From Candidatus Nitrosocosmicus sp. (GTDB taxonomy: Bacteria; Methylomirabilota; Methylomirabilia; Rokubacteriales; CSP1-6): 64,000 nt of DNA. Within the stretch, counting starts at the first letter, position 1; each line of letters begins with the position of its first letter. This document shows, in pieces, positions 9,220-16,310 of the stretch. Position numbers and translations under genes: made by a program. The notes beneath the pieces were generated by a model, which did no database searches, was not told the origin of the DNA, and was given only the letters and a program-made list of their open reading frames with translations. The DNA lies in the NCBI GenBank assembly GCA_035654455.1, contig DASRWT010000044.1, forward strand, positions 10,926 through 74,925. The letters run 5' to 3'.

Positions 9220-10629
9220 TTACCCTCGCGCGATGGGCACCGCCAGCGGAGAAGCGAGTGTCACCTCGAGGATACGGCGCGTGTCCTCGGTGACCGGCGC
9301 CGCGCGGCCTCGGCGGAGCCCCGCCACCCAGATGATCTCGCCGTCGGCCTCGAGGAGCGGGATGCGCGACCGCTCCCAGCGCGGCACGCCCGCGTCGATG
9401 AGAAAGGTCTTGAGCCGCCGCTCTCCCGGCCCTCCCCACGGCAGGAACCGGTCGCCGGCGCGCCGCGCCCGCACGGTGAGCCGCGCGGGAACGCGATCGG
9501 CATCGAACTCGGCGTGCGCGGGATCCCGCGCCGGCGCCCAGCCCGCGGGACGGAGGAAGCAGCGCGCGGACAGCCGCGCGCCCAGCTCGGGCAGCGCCAT
9601 CTCGCCCGGCACCTGCCAGACGCGCTCGCGCAGGTCGTCAGGGGGGACGCCCCCCACTCGCACCCACGGCCCGCTGCGCTCGCAGCGCACGCGCCCGAGC
9701 CGCGCCGCGCGCGGCCGGCCCCCGTCGAGCAGGCGGCGCAGGGCGCGCTCGCCCGCCGCCCGCTGCGCGCCGCCGCCGCCGAGGCCCGCCGCCGCCGCGC
9801 GCAGAACCTCGGCGGCGAGCTCGCCGGGCAGGCGCTCGAGCTCCCGCGCCGGCAACACGACGGCGCCGGACGCGGCGCGGCCGATCGCCACCGCGATCGC
9901 GCGCGCCGCCGTCTCCAGCGCCGCCTCCGCCGCGCGCGCCCGCTCGGCGCCGCGCGTCAGCCACTCCACCGCGTCCGACTCCCAGCGCGCCACCAGGAAC
10001 GGCAGCACGTCGTGGCGGATCCGGTTGCGCGTGAACCGGGGATCGGCATTGGTGGCGTCCTCTCGCCAGCCGATCCCGCGGGCGAGCAGGTGCGCCTCGA
10101 CGACGTGCCGGCGGGTCTCCAGCAGCGGCCGGATATAGGGCCCGCGCACGGGCGCGATGCCGCCGAGCCCGCGCGGGCCGGCCCCGTCGAGCAGCCGCAT
10201 GACCACGGTCTCCGCCTGATCGTCGGCGGTGTGCCCGGTGGCCACGCAGGCGGCGCCGGCGGCGGTCGCCGCGCGCCGGAAGGCCGCATAGCGCGCGCGG
10301 CGCGCCGCCGCCTCGAGCCCGTCCCAGGCTCCGCCCGCCGTCGGCCGCGCGATCTCCACCCGCTCGACGCGGAGCGGAATGTTCCAGGCGCGGCAGAGGT
10401 CCGTCACGAAGGCGGCGTCCGTCGCCGACTCGGGGCGAAGACCATGATCGACGTGGACGGCGTGCAGGGTGAGGTCCAGCGCGGGCGCGAGCGCGCGGAG
10501 GGTGTCGAGGAGCGCGACGGAGTCGGCGCCGCCGGATACCGACGCCAAGACGACTTCGCCGCCGCGGAGCATCCCGTGGCGGCGAATGGTGGCGAGACAG
10601 CGAGCGGGCAGGCTAGTGGCGGTGGTCAC
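9220..10629 (-). CDS. tilS: tRNA(Ile)-lysidine synthetase TilS
   Basis: PP-loop SVSGGADS preceded by LATIRRHGML. I chose the GTG at 10629 (the alternative is ATG at 10572). The upstream part of ORF 9220..10896 overlaps the moaDE frame. Confidence 0.8.
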   Translation of the reverse strand: MTTATSLPARCLATIRRHGMLRGGEVVLASVSGGADSVALLDTLRALAPALDLTLHAVHVDHGLRPESATDAAFVTDLCRAWNIPLRVERVEIARPTAGGAWDGLEAAARRARYAAFRRAATAAGAACVATGHTADDQAETVVMRLLDGAGPRGLGGIAPVRGPYIRPLLETRRHVVEAHLLARGIGWREDATNADPRFTRNRIRHDVLPFLVARWESDAVEWLTRGAERARAAEAALETAARAIAVAIGRAASGAVVLPARELERLPGELAAEVLRAAAAGLGGGGAQRAAGERALRRLLDGGRPRAARLGRVRCERSGPWVRVGGVPPDDLRERVWQVPGEMALPELGARLSARCFLRPAGWAPARDPAHAEFDADRVPARLTVRARRAGDRFLPWGGPGERRLKTFLIDAGVPRWERSRIPLLEADGEIIWVAGLRRGRAAPVTEDTRRILEVTLASPLAVPIARG

Positions 10630-11296
10630 ATTCCGACTGCAGCCCCACCCAGACCTCGCCGTCCTCGAAGAACTCCTTCTTCCAGATCGGCACCGTCTCC
10701 TTGAGGGTGTCGATGGCGAAGCGGCAGGCGTCGAAGCCCTCGCCCCGGTGGGCGGTGGACACCGCGATGAGCACGCTCGACTCGCCGATCTCGAGCCGTC
10801 CCACGCGATGGACGAGGGCCAGCCGCCGGATGCCGGGGTATCGCTGGCGCGCCGCCGCCGCGATCTCCCGCATCTTGGCCACCGCCATCGGCGCATGGGC
10901 CTCGTACTCGAGGAACTTCACCCGGCGCCCGCCGGTCTGGTCGCGCACCACGCCCGAAAAGAGCACCACCGCGCCCGCGCCCGGATCCTCCACCGCGGCG
11001 ACCAGGGCCTTCTCGGAGAGCGGCGCCGCCACCAGGTCCACCAGATCGTCGGATCCGCCGCTCACGGGCGGAAAGAGGCAGAGCTCCTCCCCCGGACGGA
11101 GGGAACGCTCGGGCCCGACATAGTCATTGCCCACCGCGAACAACGTGAAAGGGCGGTACGCCGAGAGGGAGGGGAACCGGCTCGTCACCGCCTCCCATGC
11201 CGCCTCGACCGTACCGCCCTCGGGAAGATCCAGCTCGACGCGGTCGCGCCCGGCGGCCTCACGGTAGCGGGCGAACAACCGCACCTGCACCTTCAT
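10613..11296 (-). CDS. fused MoaD-MoaE molybdopterin synthase (sulfur carrier + catalytic subunit)
   Basis: N-terminal ThiS/MoaD fold ending in FPPVSGG, directly continued by a MoaE-like domain (VVLFSGVVRD...FLEYEAH...PIWKKE). Confidence 0.85.
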   Translation of the reverse strand: MKVQVRLFARYREAAGRDRVELDLPEGGTVEAAWEAVTSRFPSLSAYRPFTLFAVGNDYVGPERSLRPGEELCLFPPVSGGSDDLVDLVAAPLSEKALVAAVEDPGAGAVVLFSGVVRDQTGGRRVKFLEYEAHAPMAVAKMREIAAAARQRYPGIRRLALVHRVGRLEIGESSVLIAVSTAHRGEGFDACRFAIDTLKETVPIWKKEFFEDGEVWVGLQSECDHRH

Positions 11297-11313
11297 GCGC
11301 GGCTCCCGCGCGA

Positions 11314-11640
11314 CTAGAACTGGTGGGAGGAGCCGCAGCCGCAGGACGACTTCACGTTGGGGTTCTTGATGGCGAAGCCCGCCCCCATCATGTTGTTGTC
11401 CACGTAGTCGATCTCGCTGCCCGCCACGTACTGCGCGCTCTTGGCGTCCACGAATACCTTCACGCCCTGCGACTCGACCACGTTGTCGTCTTCCGCCGCC
11501 GCGTCATCCCAGCCGAGCTCGTAGGACATCCCCGAGCAACCGCCGCCGACGATGCGGATGCGCAGACCCCACTCGGGTTTGCCCTCTTCGAGCCGCAGCT
11601 CGGAGATCTTCTTCGCGGCCGTTTCGGTCAATGTCACCAT
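11314..11640 (-). CDS. iron-sulfur cluster insertion protein, IscA/ErpA/HesB family
   Basis: 108 aa with GGGCSG and C-terminal CGCGSS motifs. SD AAGGAGG. Confidence 0.9.
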   Translation of the reverse strand: MVTLTETAAKKISELRLEEGKPEWGLRIRIVGGGCSGMSYELGWDDAAAEDDNVVESQGVKVFVDAKSAQYVAGSEIDYVDNNMMGAGFAIKNPNVKSSCGCGSSHQF

Positions 11641-11688
11641 GCGAACCTCCTTGGGAGTTCACGTCCGTGGAGCCTTGGCTCCGTGGTC

Positions 11689-11697
11689 ATTATATCA
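11689..11697 (-). promoter_or_regulatory. candidate extended -10 promoter (TGATATAAT) for the IscA/ErpA-type gene
   Basis: Reverse strand reads TGA TATAAT; the TGA is the stop codon of the SDR gene. No good -35 element. Confidence 0.35.
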
Positions 11698-11720
11698 GAC
11701 CCGCCGAGCGGCGGGTCTGA
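11695..11720 (-). terminator. 11-bp GC-rich hairpin starting at the SDR stop codon (possible operon-end terminator)
   Basis: TCAGACCCGCC-GAGC-GGCGGGTCTGA is a perfect inverted repeat. It is followed on the reverse strand by A/U-rich UAUAAU, not a clean U-tract. Confidence 0.35.
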
Positions 11721-12441
11721 GCACCCCCCGGGCGGGCATCAGGGTCATTTCTTCCAGCGCCGCATTGGGATCCAGGGTCGCCATGAAGAGGGCGGCGTCG
11801 GCCACCTGGCCCGGGCTGATCATGAGCGCCCGGTCGGGGGCGCCGGGGATACCGTCCCAGAGCGGGGTGTCCACCGCCCCCGCGGAGAGCACGCCCACGC
11901 GCACGCCGGTCCCGCGCAGCTCCTCGGTGAGGACACGCCCCAGCCCGAGCAGGCCATACTTGGAGGCGGTATAGGCGGCGCTGCCGGGGAGGGTCCGGCT
12001 GGTGACCATGGAGCCGACCAGGATCAGGGTCCCCCGGCCCTGGGCGACCATGGCGGGCAGGACGGCGCGGCAGCAGAGATACGCGCCCCGCAGGTTCACC
12101 GCCATCATCTCGTCCCAGTCGGCGGGCCGGCTCTCGCTCACCGGGGCGAAAACCGCCACCCCCGCCGCCGCCACCAGCACGTCCACGCGCTCGAGCTCCG
12201 CCCGGGTCCGCGCCACCAGCGCGGCCACCGCCGGCTCCTGGCGCACGTCGGTGGGGACGGCCAGCGCCCGCCCTCCGGCGGCCTCGATCCCCGCCACCAC
12301 GCTGCCGAGCTGCCGCGTCGAGCGCGCGGCCAGCGCCACCGCCGCCCCCTCGCGCGCGAAGGCCTCGGCCACCGCCCGGCCGATGCCGCGCCCCGCGCCG
12401 GTGACGAGGGCGACCTGGCCGGCCAGGCGCTTGTCGCTCAC
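11695..12441 (-). CDS. short-chain dehydrogenase/reductase (candidate sepiapterin-reductase-like step)
   Basis: GTG start overlapping the folE stop (GTGA). TGAGRGIG cofactor motif and YTASK catalytic motif. Confidence 0.85.
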   Translation of the reverse strand: MSDKRLAGQVALVTGAGRGIGRAVAEAFAREGAAVALAARSTRQLGSVVAGIEAAGGRALAVPTDVRQEPAVAALVARTRAELERVDVLVAAAGVAVFAPVSESRPADWDEMMAVNLRGAYLCCRAVLPAMVAQGRGTLILVGSMVTSRTLPGSAAYTASKYGLLGLGRVLTEELRGTGVRVGVLSAGAVDTPLWDGIPGAPDRALMISPGQVADAALFMATLDPNAALEEMTLMPARGVLRPAARRV

Positions 12442-13016
12442 GGCATGAGCCCGCCGCGCGACTTGATCAGCTCCATGAACTCCGCCCGCGTCTCCGGCCG
12501 GTCGCGGAAGGCGCCCAGCATGGCCGAGGTCACCGCCTTGGAGTTCTGCTTCTCCACTCCGCGCATGAGCATGCAGAGGTGCAGCCCCTCGACCACCACC
12601 GCCACCCCGCGCGGCTGCAGCACGTCGTTGATGGTGTGCGCGATCTGGGTGGTGAGCCGCTCCTGCACCTGCAGGCGCCGGCTGTACATCTCCACCAGCC
12701 GCGGGATCTTGGACAGCCCCACGATCTTCCGCGACGGCATGTAGGCGATATGCGCCTTGCCGAAGAAGGGAAGCATGTGGTGCTCGCACAGCGAGAAGTA
12801 GTCGATGTCCTTCACCACCACCATCTCGTCGTACTCCTCGGTGAAGAGCGCCGAGTTCAGCACCTCCTCCACGTTCTGGTGATAGCCCGAGGTCAGGTAC
12901 TCGTAGGCCTTGGCCACCCGGGCCGGCGTCCGCTCCAGGCCCTCGCGGCTCGGATCCTCGCCGAGCTCCTTCAGGAGATCGCGGATCAGGCGCTCGATCG
13001 CTTTCAGGTCGCTCAC
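12438..13016 (-). CDS. folE: GTP cyclohydrolase I (FolE type 1)
   Basis: 192 aa; [17 protein letters not shown] and [15 protein letters not shown] motifs. GTG start overlaps the upstream stop (GTGA). Confidence 0.9.
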   Translation of the reverse strand: MSDLKAIERLIRDLLKELGEDPSREGLERTPARVAKAYEYLTSGYHQNVEEVLNSALFTEEYDEMVVVKDIDYFSLCEHHMLPFFGKAHIAYMPSRKIVGLSKIPRLVEMYSRRLQVQERLTTQIAHTINDVLQPRGVAVVVEGLHLCMLMRGVEKQNSKAVTSAMLGAFRDRPETRAEFMELIKSRGGLMP

Positions 13017-13438
13017 CGGGGGCTCCTTGATGCCTCGCCGCAGTATTCGAACGAGTTGTTGGCGGTCTCGACCACCGCCACCCGCTCCAGGCTCCCGGCC
13101 GGCAGCGCGTCCGCCAGCCAGTGGTAGAACGCGCGGGCCAGGTTCTCGCCGGTGGTGATCACGCCCTCGAGCTCGGGCACCGCGCCGGAGAGATCGTAGT
13201 GGTCGACGCGCTCGAGGAGCACGCGGCGCACGGTGGCGTCCAGCGCCCCGAGGTCGGCGGCCATACCGGTGACGGGGTCGAGGGCGCCCGCCAGCGTCAC
13301 CTCCACCACGTAGTTGTGGCCGTGCGGGCGGTAGCACTGGCCGTACACGCGCTCGTTCTCGGCCGCCGACAGGGCCGCGCTGGCGAGCCGGTGCCCGGCG
13401 CTGAAATGATAGGCGCGCGTGAGCCGGAAACCGCTCAT
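13013..13438 (-). CDS. 6-pyruvoyl-tetrahydropterin / 6-carboxy-tetrahydropterin synthase family (PTPS/QueD), Cys-containing paralog
   Basis: 141 aa; [15 protein letters not shown] (CxxxHGH) and VDHYDL (Asp-His dyad). Confidence 0.9.
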   Translation of the reverse strand: MSGFRLTRAYHFSAGHRLASAALSAAENERVYGQCYRPHGHNYVVEVTLAGALDPVTGMAADLGALDATVRRVLLERVDHYDLSGAVPELEGVITTGENLARAFYHWLADALPAGSLERVAVVETANNSFEYCGEASRSPR

Positions 13439-13860
13439 GGCCCGAAGTACTCCACGTGGAAGGTGGGGTCCTCCCACAGGCGCAGGCGATGGAGCCGATC
13501 GCCGCCGAGCTTGGGGACGAGCAGCTCCCAGAGCGCACGGACGAGGTTCTCGGTGGTGGGGATCAGCCCTCCCGCGAAGAGCGGGTCCGCGTTGAGATCG
13601 GCGTGATCGAAGCGCTGGATCACCGCGTCGCCCACCACCCGCTTGAGCTCGGCCAGATCCATCAACATGCCGGTGACGGGATCCACCGGGCCCGCCAGGG
13701 TCACCTCCAGCACGTAGTTGTGCCCGTGGGTGACGGTGAGGGAGCCGAAGGCGCGGGCGTTCTCCTCCGCGCTCCAGCGCGACTGCCAGTAGCGGTGGGC
13801 GGAGGAGAACGTGAACTTCCGCGTCACGTAGACGGGGCCGGGAGTCATGGGGGGGGTCAT
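13435..13860 (-). CDS. PTPS/QueD-family paralog lacking the catalytic Cys
   Basis: 141 aa; [16 protein letters not shown] (Leu where the CxxxHGH Cys sits) and FDHADL. ATGA overlaps on both sides. Confidence 0.85.
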   Translation of the reverse strand: MTPPMTPGPVYVTRKFTFSSAHRYWQSRWSAEENARAFGSLTVTHGHNYVLEVTLAGPVDPVTGMLMDLAELKRVVGDAVIQRFDHADLNADPLFAGGLIPTTENLVRALWELLVPKLGGDRLHRLRLWEDPTFHVEYFGP

Positions 13861-14933
13861 GGGAGCACGCAATACGATCGTACCGTATCGAGGAAGCGCT
13901 CCGCGACCCTCTCCACGGCATAGTCCGCCACCCGGACCCGGGCCGCCCCGCCGAGCGCCCGCGCTCGCTCCGGGCTGCGCAGGAGGTCCGCCAGCGCATC
14001 CGCCAGCGCCGGCGGGGCCCGCGGCGGGACGAGCACGCCCGTTTCTCCCTCTCGCACCACCTCGGGGACGGCGGCGGCGCGGCACGCCACCACCGGCAGT
14101 CCCGCCGCCATCGCCTCGAGGAAGACGATGCCGAACCCTTCCTGGACCGAGGGCAGACAGAAGCAGTCCGCGTTCACGTACTCCTCCGCGAGCTCGTCCC
14201 AGGTGACGTCGCCCCGGAGGGCCACGGTGTCGCCGAGCCCGAGCTCCGCGTGCAGCCGGACGAGCGCGTCCCATTCCGGGCCCTTTCCCACCACGCGAAC
14301 CCGCAGCCCCGGAATGGCCGGCTTCAATCGTGCCGCGGCATGCAGGAGATCCGGGAAGCGCTTCCGCGCGTACGTCCGACCCACCGCGAGCACGGTGGGG
14401 CCGGGCCGCGGCCGGCGCGGCGCCGCGGCGAGACGAGCCCGCCACGCGGCGAGATCGATGCCCTCCGGGACCACGCCGATGCGGGCGGCGGGCACGCCGT
14501 AGACCTCGGCGGCCACCGCGGCCGAGTAGCGGCTCGGCACCACGACCGCGTCGGCGCGGGCGGTGTTGCGACGCTCCCAGCGCGCCTGCACCCCGAGCAG
14601 CGCCCTCACCAGGCCGCGCTCGTTGCGCAGCTCGTCCGCGATGATCCCCTTGAGCATGACCACGAAGGGCCGGCGGCCGCGACGGCGCGCCCAGAGGAAG
14701 CCGTCGAGATCGCACCCCACCACCAGGTCCGCTCCGCGGGGCGGCGACGCCGCCACCCCCGCATTGTAGAGCCAGCGGTCGAGCGTGTGAAAGCCGGTGC
14801 GGGTGCGAAGGGGGCGCAGCGCGACCGCGTGACCATGCGCCTCGAGGCCGGCGCGGAAGTTCGCGAGCGCGACGTAGGTGCCGCTGCCCTCGCGCGGATT
14901 GAGCGGCGTGGAGGTGAGGACCGCGATGCGCAG
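13857..14933 (-). CDS. GT4-family (Glycos_transf_1) glycosyltransferase; start codon non-canonical or uncertain
   Basis: C-terminal EGFGIVFLEAMAAGLPVV motif. The frame stays open upstream of the tracked GTG (14756) to a stop at 14961..14963 and encodes a typical GT4 N-terminus LRIAVLTSTPLNPREGSGTYV with no ATG/GTG/TTG. Confidence 0.7.
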   Translation of the reverse strand: MRIAVLTSTPLNPREGSGTYVALANFRAGLEAHGHAVALRPLRTRTGFHTLDRWLYNAGVAASPPRGADLVVGCDLDGFLWARRRGRRPFVVMLKGIIADELRNERGLVRALLGVQARWERRNTARADAVVVPSRYSAAVAAEVYGVPAARIGVVPEGIDLAAWRARLAAAPRRPRPGPTVLAVGRTYARKRFPDLLHAAARLKPAIPGLRVRVVGKGPEWDALVRLHAELGLGDTVALRGDVTWDELAEEYVNADCFCLPSVQEGFGIVFLEAMAAGLPVVACRAAAVPEVVREGETGVLVPPRAPPALADALADLLRSPERARALGGAARVRVADYAVERVAERFLDTVRSYCVLP

Positions 14934-14960
14934 CGGGGCGGCCCGGGCGGCGGCGGCCTG

Positions 14961-15746
14961 CTAGCGGCCCTGGAAGCGGGGCGCGCGCTTCTCGAGGAAC
15001 GCGGAGGTGCCTTCCTTGTAGTCCTGACTGTTGAACGTCTCCAGGCCGAGCTCGGCGAGCTCGGCGCGATGCCGATCGGTGATGCCCTCGAAGATGGCGC
15101 GCACCTGGGTCTTGGTGCCGCGGATGGACAGCGGCGCATTGTTCGCGACCTTGCCGAGATACTCGCGGGTGTGCGCCTCGAGCTGGGCGGCGGGCACCAG
15201 GCGCTGGATGAAGCCGATGCGCAGCGCCTCGTCCGCCTCCACCGTGCGCGCCGAGAACAGGATGTCCTTGGCGTACGCGGGCCCCACCAGGTCCACCAGC
15301 TGATGGACGGGATCGAGCCCGTAGATGATGGACAGCCGCGCGGCGGGGATGCCGAACTTCGAACCCTCGGCGGCGAAGCGGAGGTCGCAGGCCATGGCCA
15401 GCGCCATGGCGCCGCCCATGCAGTAGCCGAAGATCATCGCCACCGTGGGCTTGGGGCAGTGGCGGAGTGAGCTATAGGCGAGCTCGGTCTGCTTGTTGTA
15501 GTGGAGCGCGGTCTCCGTGTCCTTGCGGTTTTCCTTGAACTCGGAGATGTCGGCGCCGGAGGCGAAGGCGTCCGTGCCCGCGCCGCGGATGACGATCGCC
15601 CGCACCGCGTCGTCCTTGGCCAGCGCCTGCATCTGCTCCCCGATCGCGGTCCACATCGCCAGGCTGACCGCATTGCGCATCTGCGGCCGGTTGATGGTGA
15701 CGGTGGCGATGCCATCCGCACGCTCGACCAGGATATGATCGCTCAT
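14961..15746 (-). CDS. enoyl-CoA hydratase/isomerase (crotonase family)
   Basis: TINRPQMRNA and GYCMGGAMALAMACD motifs. Confidence 0.9.
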   Translation of the reverse strand: MSDHILVERADGIATVTINRPQMRNAVSLAMWTAIGEQMQALAKDDAVRAIVIRGAGTDAFASGADISEFKENRKDTETALHYNKQTELAYSSLRHCPKPTVAMIFGYCMGGAMALAMACDLRFAAEGSKFGIPAARLSIIYGLDPVHQLVDLVGPAYAKDILFSARTVEADEALRIGFIQRLVPAAQLEAHTREYLGKVANNAPLSIRGTKTQVRAIFEGITDRHRAELAELGLETFNSQDYKEGTSAFLEKRAPRFQGR

Positions 15747-15813
15747 TCCCTTCGCTCCTCTTGGGTCGCGCTCCCGGCCAGGAGCGGTCGATGGCGTCGG
15801 TGTCGGACCCGAA

Positions 15814-15889
15814 TGGTGGCGGCGGGAGGACTCGAACCTCCGACACGGGGCTTATGAGACCCCTGCTCTGCCACCTGAGCTACGCCGCC
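15814..15889 (-). tRNA. tRNA with CAU anticodon (elongator Met, or Ile2 that is read after lysidine modification)
   Basis: Reverse strand GGCGGCGTAGCTCAGGTGGCAGAGCAGGGGTCTCATAAGCCCCGTGTCGGAGGTTCGAGTCCTCCCGCCGCCACCA. It folds as a 7/4/5/5-bp cloverleaf with loop CTCATAA, a G1-C72 pair and encoded CCA. Confidence 0.9.
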
Positions 15890-15898
15890 AAAATGGCG

Positions 15899-15926
15899 TG
15901 GACACGAAAAACCCGTTTGCTATAAT
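15899..15926 (+). promoter_or_regulatory. near-consensus sigma70 promoter TGGACA-N16-TATAAT
   Basis: -35 TGGACA at 15899..15904, a 16-nt spacer, and -10 TATAAT at 15921..15926. It lies about 75 nt upstream of the acidic ORF in a locally low-GC stretch. Confidence 0.5.
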
Positions 15927-16001
15927 CCCGCCGAACGGAGTCCAACAGTAACGACTCTCACCTCTCAAGTCAAGCGCGGCAGCCGCCCGGAGGAGCCTTT
16001 C

Positions 16002-16268
16002 ATGGCATGGCTCAGCACTCGGCCATGGACCGAGAACGAGTTGATCGTCCGCGTGCGTCAGATCGACGACCCCGACGAGGTCGAAGAGGAAGACGACGAG
16101 GAGGATGACGCCGATCTCGAGGACGACGACGAGCTCGACGACGATGATGACGACGAAGAGGACGAGCTCGACGACGACGATGACGTCGAGGACGACGATC
16201 TGGATGAGGACGACGACCTCGACGACGATGACGATGACGAGGAAGAAGAAGACGATGAGGACGAGTAG
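16002..16268 (+). CDS. hyper-acidic small protein (88 aa; poly-Asp/Glu tail)
   Basis: ATG preceded by GGAGGAG at 6 nt. N-terminal MAWLSTRPWTENELIVRVRQI, then 67 residues of which 58 are D or E. Confidence 0.55.
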   Translation: MAWLSTRPWTENELIVRVRQIDDPDEVEEEDDEEDDADLEDDDELDDDDDDEEDELDDDDDVEDDDLDEDDDLDDDDDDEEEEDDEDE

Positions 16269-16310
16269 CTCACCGGCCGCGGCCTAGCCGCCTTCACCAA
16301 GGAGGGCTTC

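Noticed and set aside
12438-13860. A queuosine (preQ0) biosynthesis operon, on the basis of FolE plus QueD-family genes.
   Set aside because: No queC, queE or queF is adjacent. The same overlap-coupled unit contains an SDR and a glycosyltransferase, which fits tetrahydropterin side-chain reduction and glycosylation better.
15747-16001. A genomic island or integration site next to the tRNA gene.
   Set aside because: No integrase, transposase or duplicated copy of the tRNA 3' end was seen by eye in the window. The low-GC stretch is explained by a promoter and the acidic-repeat ORF.
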